A stretch of 64,000 bases of DNA from Psychroflexus sp. GTDB taxonomy: Bacteria; Bacteroidota; Bacteroidia; Flavobacteriales; Flavobacteriaceae. Below, piece by piece: positions 9,931 to 18,923 of this stretch. The number at the start of each line of letters is the position of its first letter. Within the stretch, counting starts at the first letter, position 1. The stretch lies in NCBI GenBank assembly GCA_030457805.1, contig JAKDUG010000001.1, forward strand, positions 30,487-94,486, in the 5' to 3' direction. The position numbers were made by a program, and so were the translations under genes. Below the pieces are notes generated by a model. The model was given only the letters and a program-made list of their open reading frames with translations, did no database searches and had not been told where the DNA came from.

Positions 9931-10613
9931 CAGATAACAAATTTATAACCGACACCTTTCACGGTTTTAAACCTATCATTGCCAATTTTTTCGCGCAATT
10001 TCCGAATATGGACATCGATTGTACGGCCGCCCACAACGACTTCATCACCCCAAACGGTATTGAGGATATCTTCACGCTTAAACACTTTTTCAGGTTGTGA
10101 AGAAAGCAAAGCCAAAAGCTCAAACTCCTTACGCGGCAAGGACAATTCTTGATCTGACCAAACGACTTTATACTCATCACGATTGACGACCATATCTCCA
10201 ACGCTGTAAACATTATCTTGTGGTTCTTCAGATTTAAACCGTCTGAGTAAAGCTTTGATTTTACTCATCAAAACTTTTGGTTTGATCGGTTTTGTAATAT
10301 AATCATCAGCGCCGGCATCATAACCAGCCACATGTGAATAATCCTCACCGCGAGCCGTCAGAAAGGCAATCACTGTATTTTCTAAATTTTTGATTTCGCG
10401 AATTTTCTCACAAGCCTCTATCCCATCCATTTCTGGCATCATCACATCTAATATGATGAGCTGTGGCTTTTTCTTTTTCGCTTTTTTAACAGCTTCTACA
10501 CCATTTTCTGCGCGAACAACTTTATAGCCTTCCTGTTTCAGGTTGTAACTTAAAATTTCTAAAATGTCTGGATCGTCATCAACAATTAAGACTGTAATCT
10601 CTGATTTTTTCAT
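9930..10613 (-). CDS. OmpR/PhoB-family response regulator
   Basis: VDDD, LDVMMP, KP, winged helix with RTIDVHIRKLREK and TVKGVGYKF. Confidence 0.92.
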   Translation of the reverse strand: MKKSEITVLIVDDDPDILEILSYNLKQEGYKVVRAENGVEAVKKAKKKKPQLIILDVMMPEMDGIEACEKIREIKNLENTVIAFLTARGEDYSHVAGYDAGADDYITKPIKPKVLMSKIKALLRRFKSEEPQDNVYSVGDMVVNRDEYKVVWSDQELSLPRKEFELLALLSSQPEKVFKREDILNTVWGDEVVVGGRTIDVHIRKLREKIGNDRFKTVKGVGYKFVI

Positions 10614-10635
10614 GAAAACCTTATTAGTTCTTTGA

Positions 10636-10643
10636 CAAATTTA
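10636..10643 (-). promoter_or_regulatory. -7 box (TAAATTTG) of the response regulator/kinase operon
   Basis: TAnnTTTG on the minus strand, 22 nt before the ATG. Confidence 0.6.
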
Positions 10644-10715
10644 GCGAAAGATTTTGGATGTGTAAGTTAAGAAATAATTACGAATAAGGTTTTTAATGTC
10701 AACTTTTGTTAACAC

Positions 10716-10744
10716 AAAAAACCATCACATAATGATGGTTTTTT
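10716..10744 (-). terminator. Rho-independent terminator after the lipoprotein gene
   Basis: Perfect AAAAAACCATCA-CATAA-TGATGGTTTTTT. Confidence 0.85.
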
Positions 10745-10763
10745 AATAAAAATGAGACTTAAA

Positions 10764-11768
10764 TTAATTGAGTGCCCAATCAAAATCAGATTTATTAACT
10801 GTCATAGAAAAATCATAGTTGAAATCGGGACTAGCTGTTTCACCTTCGATCTGCACATTATCCAAAGGGCCATTATCTCTCATATCAATCGTTGTTTCAT
10901 ATCCAGAAAGTGATAAACCTTGAATTGTTGCACCCGAATTTGCTTTAAACTGCAAGGCCGTCCCACCCACAGTTGACACAGCTGTAAAATTAATTAAACT
11001 AGGATTTCCATTAACGCCATCCGCTTCTAAAGCTGTTGAAAAATTAGCTTCTGTATGCGAAATATAGACATTTTCTAAAGTACCATTCCAGCCTTCCGTC
11101 CAATCTACAGCATCATCTTGTAAATTTTCTGCGTAAAAATTAGACACATGAGCTCGGCCTCCAAAAAACTCAATCCCATCATCTTGCCCTTCAATGATTG
11201 CCACATTATCGATCTGTGTGTTTTCCCCAACAGCATATAAAGTGAGACCATTAAATTGCGAATCTGCATTAATTTGAGCGCCTGTTTGCTTCATGACTAG
11301 GTATTGAATAGATCCAGAATCATCCTGATTATCATTCCCACCATAAAGAATACCACCGACCTCCGCGATTGCATTAACTCCTTCAGAAGTAACGCCTTTT
11401 CCTGCAATGACTAATCCGCCCCAACTCCCTGACCCAGATGGAGACATCACTACAGGCGCCGCTGGCGTGCCTTGAACCTGAATCTTCGCGCCTTGCTGAA
11501 CAACAAGATATACATCAGTTCCTGTACTTGTTGTAATACTTGTTCCTGCTGGAATAGTCAATATTGCGTTATTATCAACCGATAAGATGGATGATAATGT
11601 GTAAGCCTTTGACGGATCTAAAGTTAAATCGGACTTAATTTCTCCTGCTAGTTCCAACTCAGAGGTTGGGATCTCAGTAAGATCTTGATCGTCATCACTG
11701 CAACTTAATGTGGCTAAGGATAGCCCTAAAAAAATTAAAAAATTTCTTGTTGTTTTCATTGTTTTCAT
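10764..11768 (-). CDS. Surface lipoprotein, probable beta-helix, partner of the adjacent TonB-dependent receptor
   Basis: Lipobox LSC followed by acidic SDDD; repeating GSWGGLVIAG / NGLTLYAVG / DDGIEFFGG segments. Confidence 0.75.
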   Translation of the reverse strand: MKTMKTTRNFLIFLGLSLATLSCSDDDQDLTEIPTSELELAGEIKSDLTLDPSKAYTLSSILSVDNNAILTIPAGTSITTSTGTDVYLVVQQGAKIQVQGTPAAPVVMSPSGSGSWGGLVIAGKGVTSEGVNAIAEVGGILYGGNDNQDDSGSIQYLVMKQTGAQINADSQFNGLTLYAVGENTQIDNVAIIEGQDDGIEFFGGRAHVSNFYAENLQDDAVDWTEGWNGTLENVYISHTEANFSTALEADGVNGNPSLINFTAVSTVGGTALQFKANSGATIQGLSLSGYETTIDMRDNGPLDNVQIEGETASPDFNYDFSMTVNKSDFDWALN

Positions 11769-11784
11769 TGTTAAATAATTGATG

Positions 11785-14565
11785 TTAAAATTTGTATTTA
11801 AATTCTATGGAGAGCTGCATTCCTTTTGTATAAGATCTGACAGTTTCTTCTAAGGTTATACCACCATTCAGTGGCAGTATAAGTTGTGTGCGTTCTATTT
11901 TTGGATTGAGTAAATTTTTACCGATAAAACGAATAGAGATATTCTCATTAATTTCTTTACGAATGACTGCATCTAATGAAAGAAAGCCCTTTTCAATAAT
12001 TTCTTCATTAAAAAATTGGTGTGAAAGATCTTGGTTTTCAGGATTTCCTAAAGCAAAAATCTTGTCGGTCGTATAGTTTGCAGATATGTTGGCCACAAAT
12101 GGAAATTCTTGTGTTGTTTTGAAGGTTGTGTTTGCATTAAATACCCAATCTGAAGCTCCTTGCAAACCTGTTTTACTTTTGCCGTTGTATCGAAATGTTC
12201 TCAGGAGAAGATTCTCGTCATTCATCTCGCCATAAACTTCTTTCAGATCTTGTTCATGCCACATTCTCGTTGCATTGAGATTGAACTGAACTGCATAATC
12301 TAAATCTCTTTGACTTGAAACGATATCGAGTTTTGTATCAAATTCAACTCCGTAGACTTCAGCTTGGTCTCCTGAGTTGAAGTATGAAAATATCCCTGCT
12401 GCGCCTCGTGATAAAACACGGTTAATAGGATCATTAATCTGTTTGTAAAAACCTGCCACAGACAAAAGCTGACTGCTTGTCGGAAAGATTTCCCATTTCA
12501 AATCAATATTGTAATTTTCACTGGCCTGAATTTCTGGATTTCCCTTACTCACCTGACCATTCTGAGAGACATATTCAAAGGGAGATATTTCCTTAAACTC
12601 AGGTAGGGAAATTGTTTTACTCGCCGAAAGCTTGAGGTTATTCTTCTCGTTAATTGCATACTTTAAATTTAAACTCGGGAAAAAATTATCATAATTCTGA
12701 GTCGATAGGCCAGTTCTTCCTGGGTAATTATTGACATTAAAATCCACATTAATATCATCCTTCTGATAGCGTGCACCAACATTGAAATTCCACTTTTCAA
12801 TATGATAATTAAAGATGACATATCCCGAAAGACTCTTCAAGTCAGCATCATAAATATCAGGTTGAATTTGCCTGACGACAAGCGATCCATTCGCGATATT
12901 CCCTTGTGTAAAAACACCTGACAAATCATCAATTGAATTTGGGTTGAGGGTATTAACACGCGTTTCTTGCAAGCCATTAAATTGTGACAAAAAAGATCTG
13001 TCTTTATAGCGAAAGTTTGCACCTAAATCGACCAGCAATTGATTCTTATTATCTTTATTTTCTGAAGAACAGTTCAAACAAAAGGAATCATTAACGCGAC
13101 TATTAAATTCATAATCCTGGATATCTTGATTAGATTTACGCTGCTGAAAACCACCAGTTCTTCCTAATTCAACTCTGCTATTATTAAAGTTCAGTTCGTT
13201 TCTAATCCGGTTTGGTTCATCCGCATTGACTGTATTGAAACCCAATGCCCAATCAATTTTATGGCCTTTAAATTGATTCTCTCCGATCAATTGATTGATC
13301 CAAAGCTGTGTATTTTGAATATTCTGATCGCGTACAAATTGATTTAAGTCTGAATTTGGATCAACCTCATCAAAGACAATTCCTTCTCCGTTTCTTCCGG
13401 CTTCAAAAACACGCCCGTTTTGCTTGTTGACAAATAGACTTGCAAATCTGATGTGATTTTGATTGCCATAATCATATTGTAAATCTAGCAAGGCTGATGT
13501 CGTTACAGATTTAATAAACTCATCCACATCGGTAAAACGATCTCTAAAGTTATTGTTATCAAACTCCTGAAATGTACCTGATCTGTATTCGAAATCTGCT
13601 TTTTGCGAAGCAGTGACAAAGATTTTAAAATCATCAAAGCGTTTTCCTGCTGAAATATTATAAGCAAAATCAAGAGGTAAACTTTTATTTTGCGTATCCC
13701 AAGACTGCTCGGTCAGTGCTACTGAGTTAGACATTTTCTGGTTGTAAAAGCCGAAATTCATATGCTTATCAAAAGCTCCCAAACGAAATACATCTGCACC
13801 TAAAGCGCTTGTATTAAAACCAGTTTTAAGTCCCAACGCTAATTCCTCGGTCCCTGATAAGGCTTGAGAAATTATGTTAATATTACCCGATGCCTGATCC
13901 CCACTAAAGTTTGAAGTATAGGCCTTATTGATCTCAACACGCGCTACAACTCGCGTCGAAAACAATCCGAGATCAATGTTCTTGCGTTCTACATTATCAG
14001 AAGGAATAGGCAAACCATTGTATGTTGTTGTGAGATAGCGATCGCCAAGTCCTCTGATATAAAGATCGCCAGAACCCTCACTTGCCGTGACACCTGAAAT
14101 TTTTGTCGCAGCCACCGAAACATCTGAAACACCGAGTTTTGACAATTCAACGCCCCCAATACTTTCAGAGATGTTGACAGCAGTTTTTTGATCTAAAAGC
14201 AAAGCAACTTCAGCGTTTTTCCGCGCAACAGCAGTAATAATGATTTCATCTAGTTCAGCTGAATTTGTCGCTAAAGAGACATCAAGTGAAACATCATTTT
14301 TTGTAATTTCAACATCGGGAATTTCAACCGTCTCATAACCGACATAACTATACACAAGCGTATAAACCCCAGACTCTAAATTCTTAATTTTATAATAGCC
14401 TTCAAAATCTGAAGTGGCTCCAACACTCGAGCCTTTAACACTAATATTTGCAAAAGGCAATGGAGAGTTTCCCATATTCTGATCTAAAATCCTTCCCGAT
14501 AATGTGGTATTGCTTTGTGCATAACCCATTGTTGCAAAAAGAAATAAAATGTATGCTAACTTCAT
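11785..14565 (-). CDS. TonB-dependent receptor with N-terminal carboxypeptidase-regulatory-like domain
   Basis: Signal peptide MKLAYILFL (ATG 14565 preferred to the TTG at 14586), plug motif YIRGLGDRY...NGLPIPS, barrel, terminal YKF. Confidence 0.9.
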   Translation of the reverse strand: MKLAYILFLFATMGYAQSNTTLSGRILDQNMGNSPLPFANISVKGSSVGATSDFEGYYKIKNLESGVYTLVYSYVGYETVEIPDVEITKNDVSLDVSLATNSAELDEIIITAVARKNAEVALLLDQKTAVNISESIGGVELSKLGVSDVSVAATKISGVTASEGSGDLYIRGLGDRYLTTTYNGLPIPSDNVERKNIDLGLFSTRVVARVEINKAYTSNFSGDQASGNINIISQALSGTEELALGLKTGFNTSALGADVFRLGAFDKHMNFGFYNQKMSNSVALTEQSWDTQNKSLPLDFAYNISAGKRFDDFKIFVTASQKADFEYRSGTFQEFDNNNFRDRFTDVDEFIKSVTTSALLDLQYDYGNQNHIRFASLFVNKQNGRVFEAGRNGEGIVFDEVDPNSDLNQFVRDQNIQNTQLWINQLIGENQFKGHKIDWALGFNTVNADEPNRIRNELNFNNSRVELGRTGGFQQRKSNQDIQDYEFNSRVNDSFCLNCSSENKDNKNQLLVDLGANFRYKDRSFLSQFNGLQETRVNTLNPNSIDDLSGVFTQGNIANGSLVVRQIQPDIYDADLKSLSGYVIFNYHIEKWNFNVGARYQKDDINVDFNVNNYPGRTGLSTQNYDNFFPSLNLKYAINEKNNLKLSASKTISLPEFKEISPFEYVSQNGQVSKGNPEIQASENYNIDLKWEIFPTSSQLLSVAGFYKQINDPINRVLSRGAAGIFSYFNSGDQAEVYGVEFDTKLDIVSSQRDLDYAVQFNLNATRMWHEQDLKEVYGEMNDENLLLRTFRYNGKSKTGLQGASDWVFNANTTFKTTQEFPFVANISANYTTDKIFALGNPENQDLSHQFFNEEIIEKGFLSLDAVIRKEINENISIRFIGKNLLNPKIERTQLILPLNGGITLEETVRSYTKGMQLSIEFKYKF

Positions 14566-14583
14566 TGTTTCAATAATTTGGCA

Positions 14584-14591
14584 CAAAACTA
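14584..14591 (-). promoter_or_regulatory. -7 box (TAGTTTTG) of the TBDR-lipoprotein operon
   Basis: TAnnTTTG 18 nt before ATG 14565. Confidence 0.6.
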
Positions 14592-14968
14592 TTGAAGAAG
14601 ACTTTCAGAGATATTAAATGAAGATGACCAAAAGAAAAGTTGCGTATTATGAAAAAATTGCATGAAATAGTCCATTTTCATACAATCACCTGACTAGCTA
14701 TGTTTTACAAAAAAGCTGAGATTATCTAATTGTTAAATACAATTTTAGAATACAGACACAAACAACTCATCTTAAGAAACTTAAAGACTTAACATCAGAT
14801 GTGTCTGGTTCAGGACGGATAATTGACTTTCAACAGACAAATGACAACAAAAGATTGTCTCTCTTTGACATCAATCCTAATCTTTACTTCGTGAAAAATC
14901 ACAGCAATACAAATAACAGCACACAGAAGTTGATCATCAGATAATCAATTTAAAATAAATATATTTGC

Positions 14969-14999
14969 AAAAGCATCTCAACAATTGGGGTGCTTTTTT
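14969..14999 (+). terminator. Terminator-like hairpin in the leader of the LuxE-like gene
   Basis: AAAAGCATCTCAA-CAA-TTGGGGTGCTTTT with two G-U pairs valid only on the plus strand, directly after TATATTTG (14960-14967). Confidence 0.55.
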
Positions 15000-15015
15000 G
15001 TCTGAAGCAGGAATT

Positions 15016-15996
15016 ATGAAACTTGAAGAAAAAATTTTTAACATCCAATCCAAAGCAGATTTCACAGAAGTCTGCCTAGACGTATTTCGCTATCAGTTTG
15101 ACAATACATCAGTATATCAGAAATATTGTCGTTTACTCAATTGCCATCCAAATGCCATCACGCAAATTGAAGAGATTCCTTTTTTACCCATCGATTTTTT
15201 TAAACATGAAAAGGTTTTGCACCAGCATCAAAGTTCACAATTAGAATTCATGAGCAGCGGAACAACAGGACAACAAAGAAGTGTACATCATGTTGCTGAT
15301 GTTGCGCTTTACGAAAAAAGCTGTTTAAACACTTTTGAATATTTCTACGGTCCAATTGAGGAGTATACAGTTTTAGCACTGCTGCCTTCATACTTAGAGC
15401 GCGACAACTCCTCACTTGTACACATGGCAAATGATTTCATCAATAGAAGTGCTTCAGAAGAAAGTGGCTTTTATTTAAACAACTTAAATGAACTCACCGA
15501 AACATTGCAAAAACTAGAAGCTAAAGGACAGAAAACCCTGCTTATCGGTGTCACATTTGCTTTACTTGATTTGGCAGAGAATAATCAGCTCAACCTCAAC
15601 AACACCATCGTTATGGAAACAGGTGGAATGAAAGGAAAACGCAAAGAAATGATTCGCCAGGAAGTCCATACCATCCTCAAAGAAGGTTTTAAAACTGAGG
15701 TTATTCACAGTGAATACGGCATGACGGAATTACTATCACAAGCCTATAGTAAAGGACACGGTGTTTTTGATTTGCCGGCCCATATGGATATCCTTATCCG
15801 TGATATAGAGGATCCGCTGAGTTTGGTTCAGCAAGGAAGAAATGGAGGTCTCAACGTGATTGATCTCGCCAATTTATACACATGTAGCTTTATTGCAACA
15901 CAAGATTTAGGAAGAAAAATATCTAAAAATCAATTTGAAGTGATCGGTAGATTTGACAACAGTGATATCAGGGGTTGTAACTTGATGGCACTCTGA
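15016..15996 (+). CDS. LuxE/PaaK-like acyl-protein synthetase (acyl transferase)
   Basis: IPFLPIDFFK, SSGTTG, METGGMKG, SEYGMTELLSQAY, TQDLG, GRFDNSDIRGC. ATG 15016 preferred to the TTG at 14965. Confidence 0.85.
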   Translation: MKLEEKIFNIQSKADFTEVCLDVFRYQFDNTSVYQKYCRLLNCHPNAITQIEEIPFLPIDFFKHEKVLHQHQSSQLEFMSSGTTGQQRSVHHVADVALYEKSCLNTFEYFYGPIEEYTVLALLPSYLERDNSSLVHMANDFINRSASEESGFYLNNLNELTETLQKLEAKGQKTLLIGVTFALLDLAENNQLNLNNTIVMETGGMKGKRKEMIRQEVHTILKEGFKTEVIHSEYGMTELLSQAYSKGHGVFDLPAHMDILIRDIEDPLSLVQQGRNGGLNVIDLANLYTCSFIATQDLGRKISKNQFEVIGRFDNSDIRGCNLMAL

Positions 15997-16031
15997 GTTT
16001 TACGAAAAGTATATTTTTTTACTAAAAAGAG

Positions 16032-16061
16032 TTGTTTAAGTCAATATTTGTTTTAGATTTG
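16032..16061 (+). promoter_or_regulatory. Full consensus Bacteroidota promoter with no annotated downstream gene
   Basis: TTG (16032-34), 19-nt spacer, TAGATTTG (16054-61). Confidence 0.6.
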
Positions 16062-16066
16062 TATCA

Positions 16067-16130
16067 GGATGAAGTTTTTTCATAATAGATTGGTTAGTTA
16101 AGGTAAAGCCCCGAAAAATTCGGGGCTTTA
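16067..16130 (+). ncRNA. Candidate ~65-nt small RNA, or mRNA for a 10-aa peptide MKFFHNRLVS (16069-16101)
   Basis: Bounded by a consensus promoter and a strong terminator; no family recognised. Confidence 0.4.
16104..16130. terminator. Bidirectional terminator
   Basis: TAAAGCCCCGAA-AAA-TTCGGGGCTTTA between the convergent LuxE-like gene and tyrS. Confidence 0.88.
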
Positions 16131-16136
16131 TTATTT

Positions 16137-17435
16137 TTATGCAGATTTGGCGACTAATAAATAGTTTTGCTTCTTCCCTTTACCAATCAAAATGTACTTG
16201 TCATTGATTAAATCTTCTGATGACAAAGTCCTTCCCTCTTTTACCTTTTCCTTATTGATCGAAATCGAATTTTGTTTGAGTGCGCGTCTGGCTTCACTTT
16301 TTGATTTCATAAAACCTGAGGCAGTAGTCAAGGCTTCAGTAAGGTCTAAACCAATCAACTCTTCAGTTGAAATTTCTGCCTGAGGCACTCCTTCAAAAAC
16401 ATCTAAAAAAGTTTTTTCATCAATTGATGCTAAATCCTCAAAAGTAGACTTCCCAAATAAGACTTGTGTTGCTTTTTGGGCATTTTCTAAATCAGTTTCG
16501 CTGTGAACAGTAATTGTGAGATCTTCAGCTAAAGCTTTCTGCACATGTCTTAAATGTGGGTTTTCTTTATGCTTTGCAATCAGTGTTTTAATTTCATCCT
16601 GACTTCTGAAAGTGAAAATTTTGATGAATTTCTCAGCATCTTCATCGCTTGTATTTAACCAAAATTGATAAAATTTAAAAGGAGATGTTCTTTGTGGATC
16701 TAACCAAATGTTTCCGGAAGCCGTTTTACCAAACTTCGCCCCATCAGCTTTTGTGATTAAAGGACAAGTCAACGCAAAACCCTTTCCTTGATCAATTCGC
16801 CTGATCATTTCTGTTCCTGTTGTAATATTTCCCCATTGGTCACTGCCGCCCATTTGAAAACTGCATGCGTAATGCCGGTACAAGTGTAAAAAATCATAAC
16901 CTTGAACAAGCTGATATGTAAATTCAGTAAAACTCAATCCTACATTTGACGAGGCATCAAGTCTCTTTTTGACAGAATCTTTGGACATCATATAATTGAC
17001 GGTGATATGCTTGCCAACATCACGGATAAAATCAATAAAACTGAATTCTTTCATCCAGTCGTAGTTGTTGACTAAGATCGCTGCATTTTCCACATCACTT
17101 TCAAAATCTAAAAACTTAGACAATTGCTTTTTGAGTGCCGCCTGGTTTTTAGCCAAAGTCTCTTCATCAAGCAAGTTGCGTTCTTCAGATTTCCCTGAAG
17201 GATCGCCAATCATTCCAGTGGCACCGCCAATAAGCGCAACTGGCTTATGACCAGACAACTGAAAATGCTTCAACAACATCACCCCGACCAAGTGCCCAAC
17301 ATGAAGTGAATCTGCAGTTGGATCGATTCCTACATAAGCAGCTCTAACCTCTTCATTCAAATGCTCTTGTGTGCCAGGCATCACATCGTGCACCATTCCT
17401 CTCCAGGTGACTTCCTCAATAAAATCTTTTTTCAT
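16137..17435 (-). CDS. tyrS: Tyrosyl-tRNA synthetase
   Basis: [30 protein letters not shown]-terminal S4 domain. Confidence 0.97.
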   Translation of the reverse strand: MKKDFIEEVTWRGMVHDVMPGTQEHLNEEVRAAYVGIDPTADSLHVGHLVGVMLLKHFQLSGHKPVALIGGATGMIGDPSGKSEERNLLDEETLAKNQAALKKQLSKFLDFESDVENAAILVNNYDWMKEFSFIDFIRDVGKHITVNYMMSKDSVKKRLDASSNVGLSFTEFTYQLVQGYDFLHLYRHYACSFQMGGSDQWGNITTGTEMIRRIDQGKGFALTCPLITKADGAKFGKTASGNIWLDPQRTSPFKFYQFWLNTSDEDAEKFIKIFTFRSQDEIKTLIAKHKENPHLRHVQKALAEDLTITVHSETDLENAQKATQVLFGKSTFEDLASIDEKTFLDVFEGVPQAEISTEELIGLDLTEALTTASGFMKSKSEARRALKQNSISINKEKVKEGRTLSSEDLINDKYILIGKGKKQNYLLVAKSA

Positions 17436-17502
17436 CTCTTAATATTTAGTACAAAGATAATATAATGCTTCTTTTTTCCTATAACCTAAGTATATTTACA
17501 GC

Positions 17503-18507
17503 ATGAATTTAGTGACAGGCGCAACAGGCTTTTTAGGAACACATCTTCTCGCGAAATTAATTCTTCAGCAAGAAAAGACTATCGCTATTTTTCGTAATGA
17601 AAAGAAAAAAGACCACAGTATCAAAATTCTTTTAAAAGACCATGCGATTACTACAACATCTATCACAGAATATATACAGTGGGAACAAGCCGATATCCTT
17701 GATGTTCCGCGCTTAGAAGAAGTTTTTAAGAAAGGAATCAAACACCTTTATCACTGTGCTGGATTTATCAGCAACTCCCCTTCTGATTACAAAAAAATGC
17801 GCCGAATGCATATTCACGGTACAAAAAATATTGTCAATCTGTCGATTGCACTTGGCGTCAAAAAAATGTGTCATGTGAGTTCCATCGCGACATTAAGTCC
17901 TGATGAGATCTCAAATCAGATCACTGAGAAAATAACCATCTCCGAACAAGATAAAACCAACGTTTATGCAATTGCCAAATACGGTGCCGAGCGCGAAGTC
18001 TGGCGCGCCACCCAAGAAGGCTTAGATGCCGTTATTGTCAATCCTGGGGTCATTCTTGGTGATGGTTTTGAAGCTTCTGGCAGTGGCTTAATTCTGAAAA
18101 AAGCAAAGGATGGTTTTCCTTTTTATATTCCTAAGAAAACTGGTTTTGTCGATGTCTATGATTGTGTTGAGATCATGTATCAACTCACAAATCACGAAAT
18201 TTCAACACAGCGTTTTATTTTGGTCAGTGAAAACACAAGCTTTAAGAAAGTGATGACGTGCATTGCTGAAAAGTATCAAACTAAACCACCGCGATACAAA
18301 CTCACCAAGACTTTATTTTATTTGGTTTGGCTTTTTGAATCAGCGCTGTCTATTTTTGGTTATAAAAAACAAACCAACCTCGACCTGATCAAAAATATGA
18401 ATTCAACTTCTGAGTATGACAATTTAAAAATAAAGGAGACACTCAATTACCAATTCAGAAGTCTTGAGGAAAGCATTGACCGCATTGCTAAGCGAGACAC
18501 AAAATAA
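17503..18507 (+). CDS. NAD-dependent epimerase/dehydratase (extended SDR)
   Basis: VTGATGFLG, YAIAK (YxxxK), VNPGVILG. Confidence 0.85.
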   Translation: MNLVTGATGFLGTHLLAKLILQQEKTIAIFRNEKKKDHSIKILLKDHAITTTSITEYIQWEQADILDVPRLEEVFKKGIKHLYHCAGFISNSPSDYKKMRRMHIHGTKNIVNLSIALGVKKMCHVSSIATLSPDEISNQITEKITISEQDKTNVYAIAKYGAEREVWRATQEGLDAVIVNPGVILGDGFEASGSGLILKKAKDGFPFYIPKKTGFVDVYDCVEIMYQLTNHEISTQRFILVSENTSFKKVMTCIAEKYQTKPPRYKLTKTLFYLVWLFESALSIFGYKKQTNLDLIKNMNSTSEYDNLKIKETLNYQFRSLEESIDRIAKRDTK

Positions 18508-18545
18508 GGCAAGTCACATTTATCCTTCTCAAGAAACTAAATAAT

Positions 18546-18923
18546 CTATTGTTTAGTTTTTAAAGAATCAGCACGTGATAAGATGGAGTCCATCACATTT
18601 CGCTTCACTTCTATTCTTTTCTTGACTTGTTCATAAATCTCCAAGTTCTCATCAAACCTAGTATTGTAATAAGTCAAATTTTGTTTGAGTTGAATGCTAT
18701 CCACATTATACTTATCTGCGATAAACCTGTAAGCTTTGACGTCATTCTTGAGCAGCGGTATATCAGAAACATTACTGGCTGCATCAAGAATCATCATATC
18801 TGTAATGATATGGATCATTTCTTGTTTTTCGATCAGCTGATCTGGTTCTGCAACACTATAGGACTTCTGACAAGCAACAACCATCAAAAAAATTCCGACA
18901 CCAAATAAAACACGTCTGATCAT
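18546..18923 (-). CDS. DUF4296-like lipoprotein
   Basis: Lipobox VVAC, PDQLI, KYNVDSIQLKQNLTYY. Confidence 0.7.
   Translation of the reverse strand: MIRRVLFGVGIFLMVVACQKSYSVAEPDQLIEKQEMIHIITDMMILDAASNVSDIPLLKNDVKAYRFIADKYNVDSIQLKQNLTYYNTRFDENLEIYEQVKKRIEVKRNVMDSILSRADSLKTKQ

Noticed and set aside
14714-14722. GCTGAGAT resembling the TPP riboswitch CUGAGA element
   Set aside because: The rest of the TPP consensus is absent and no thiamine gene follows.
14841-14894. 17-codon ORF MTTKDCLSLTSILIFTS
   Set aside because: No supporting promoter or homology; expected by chance.
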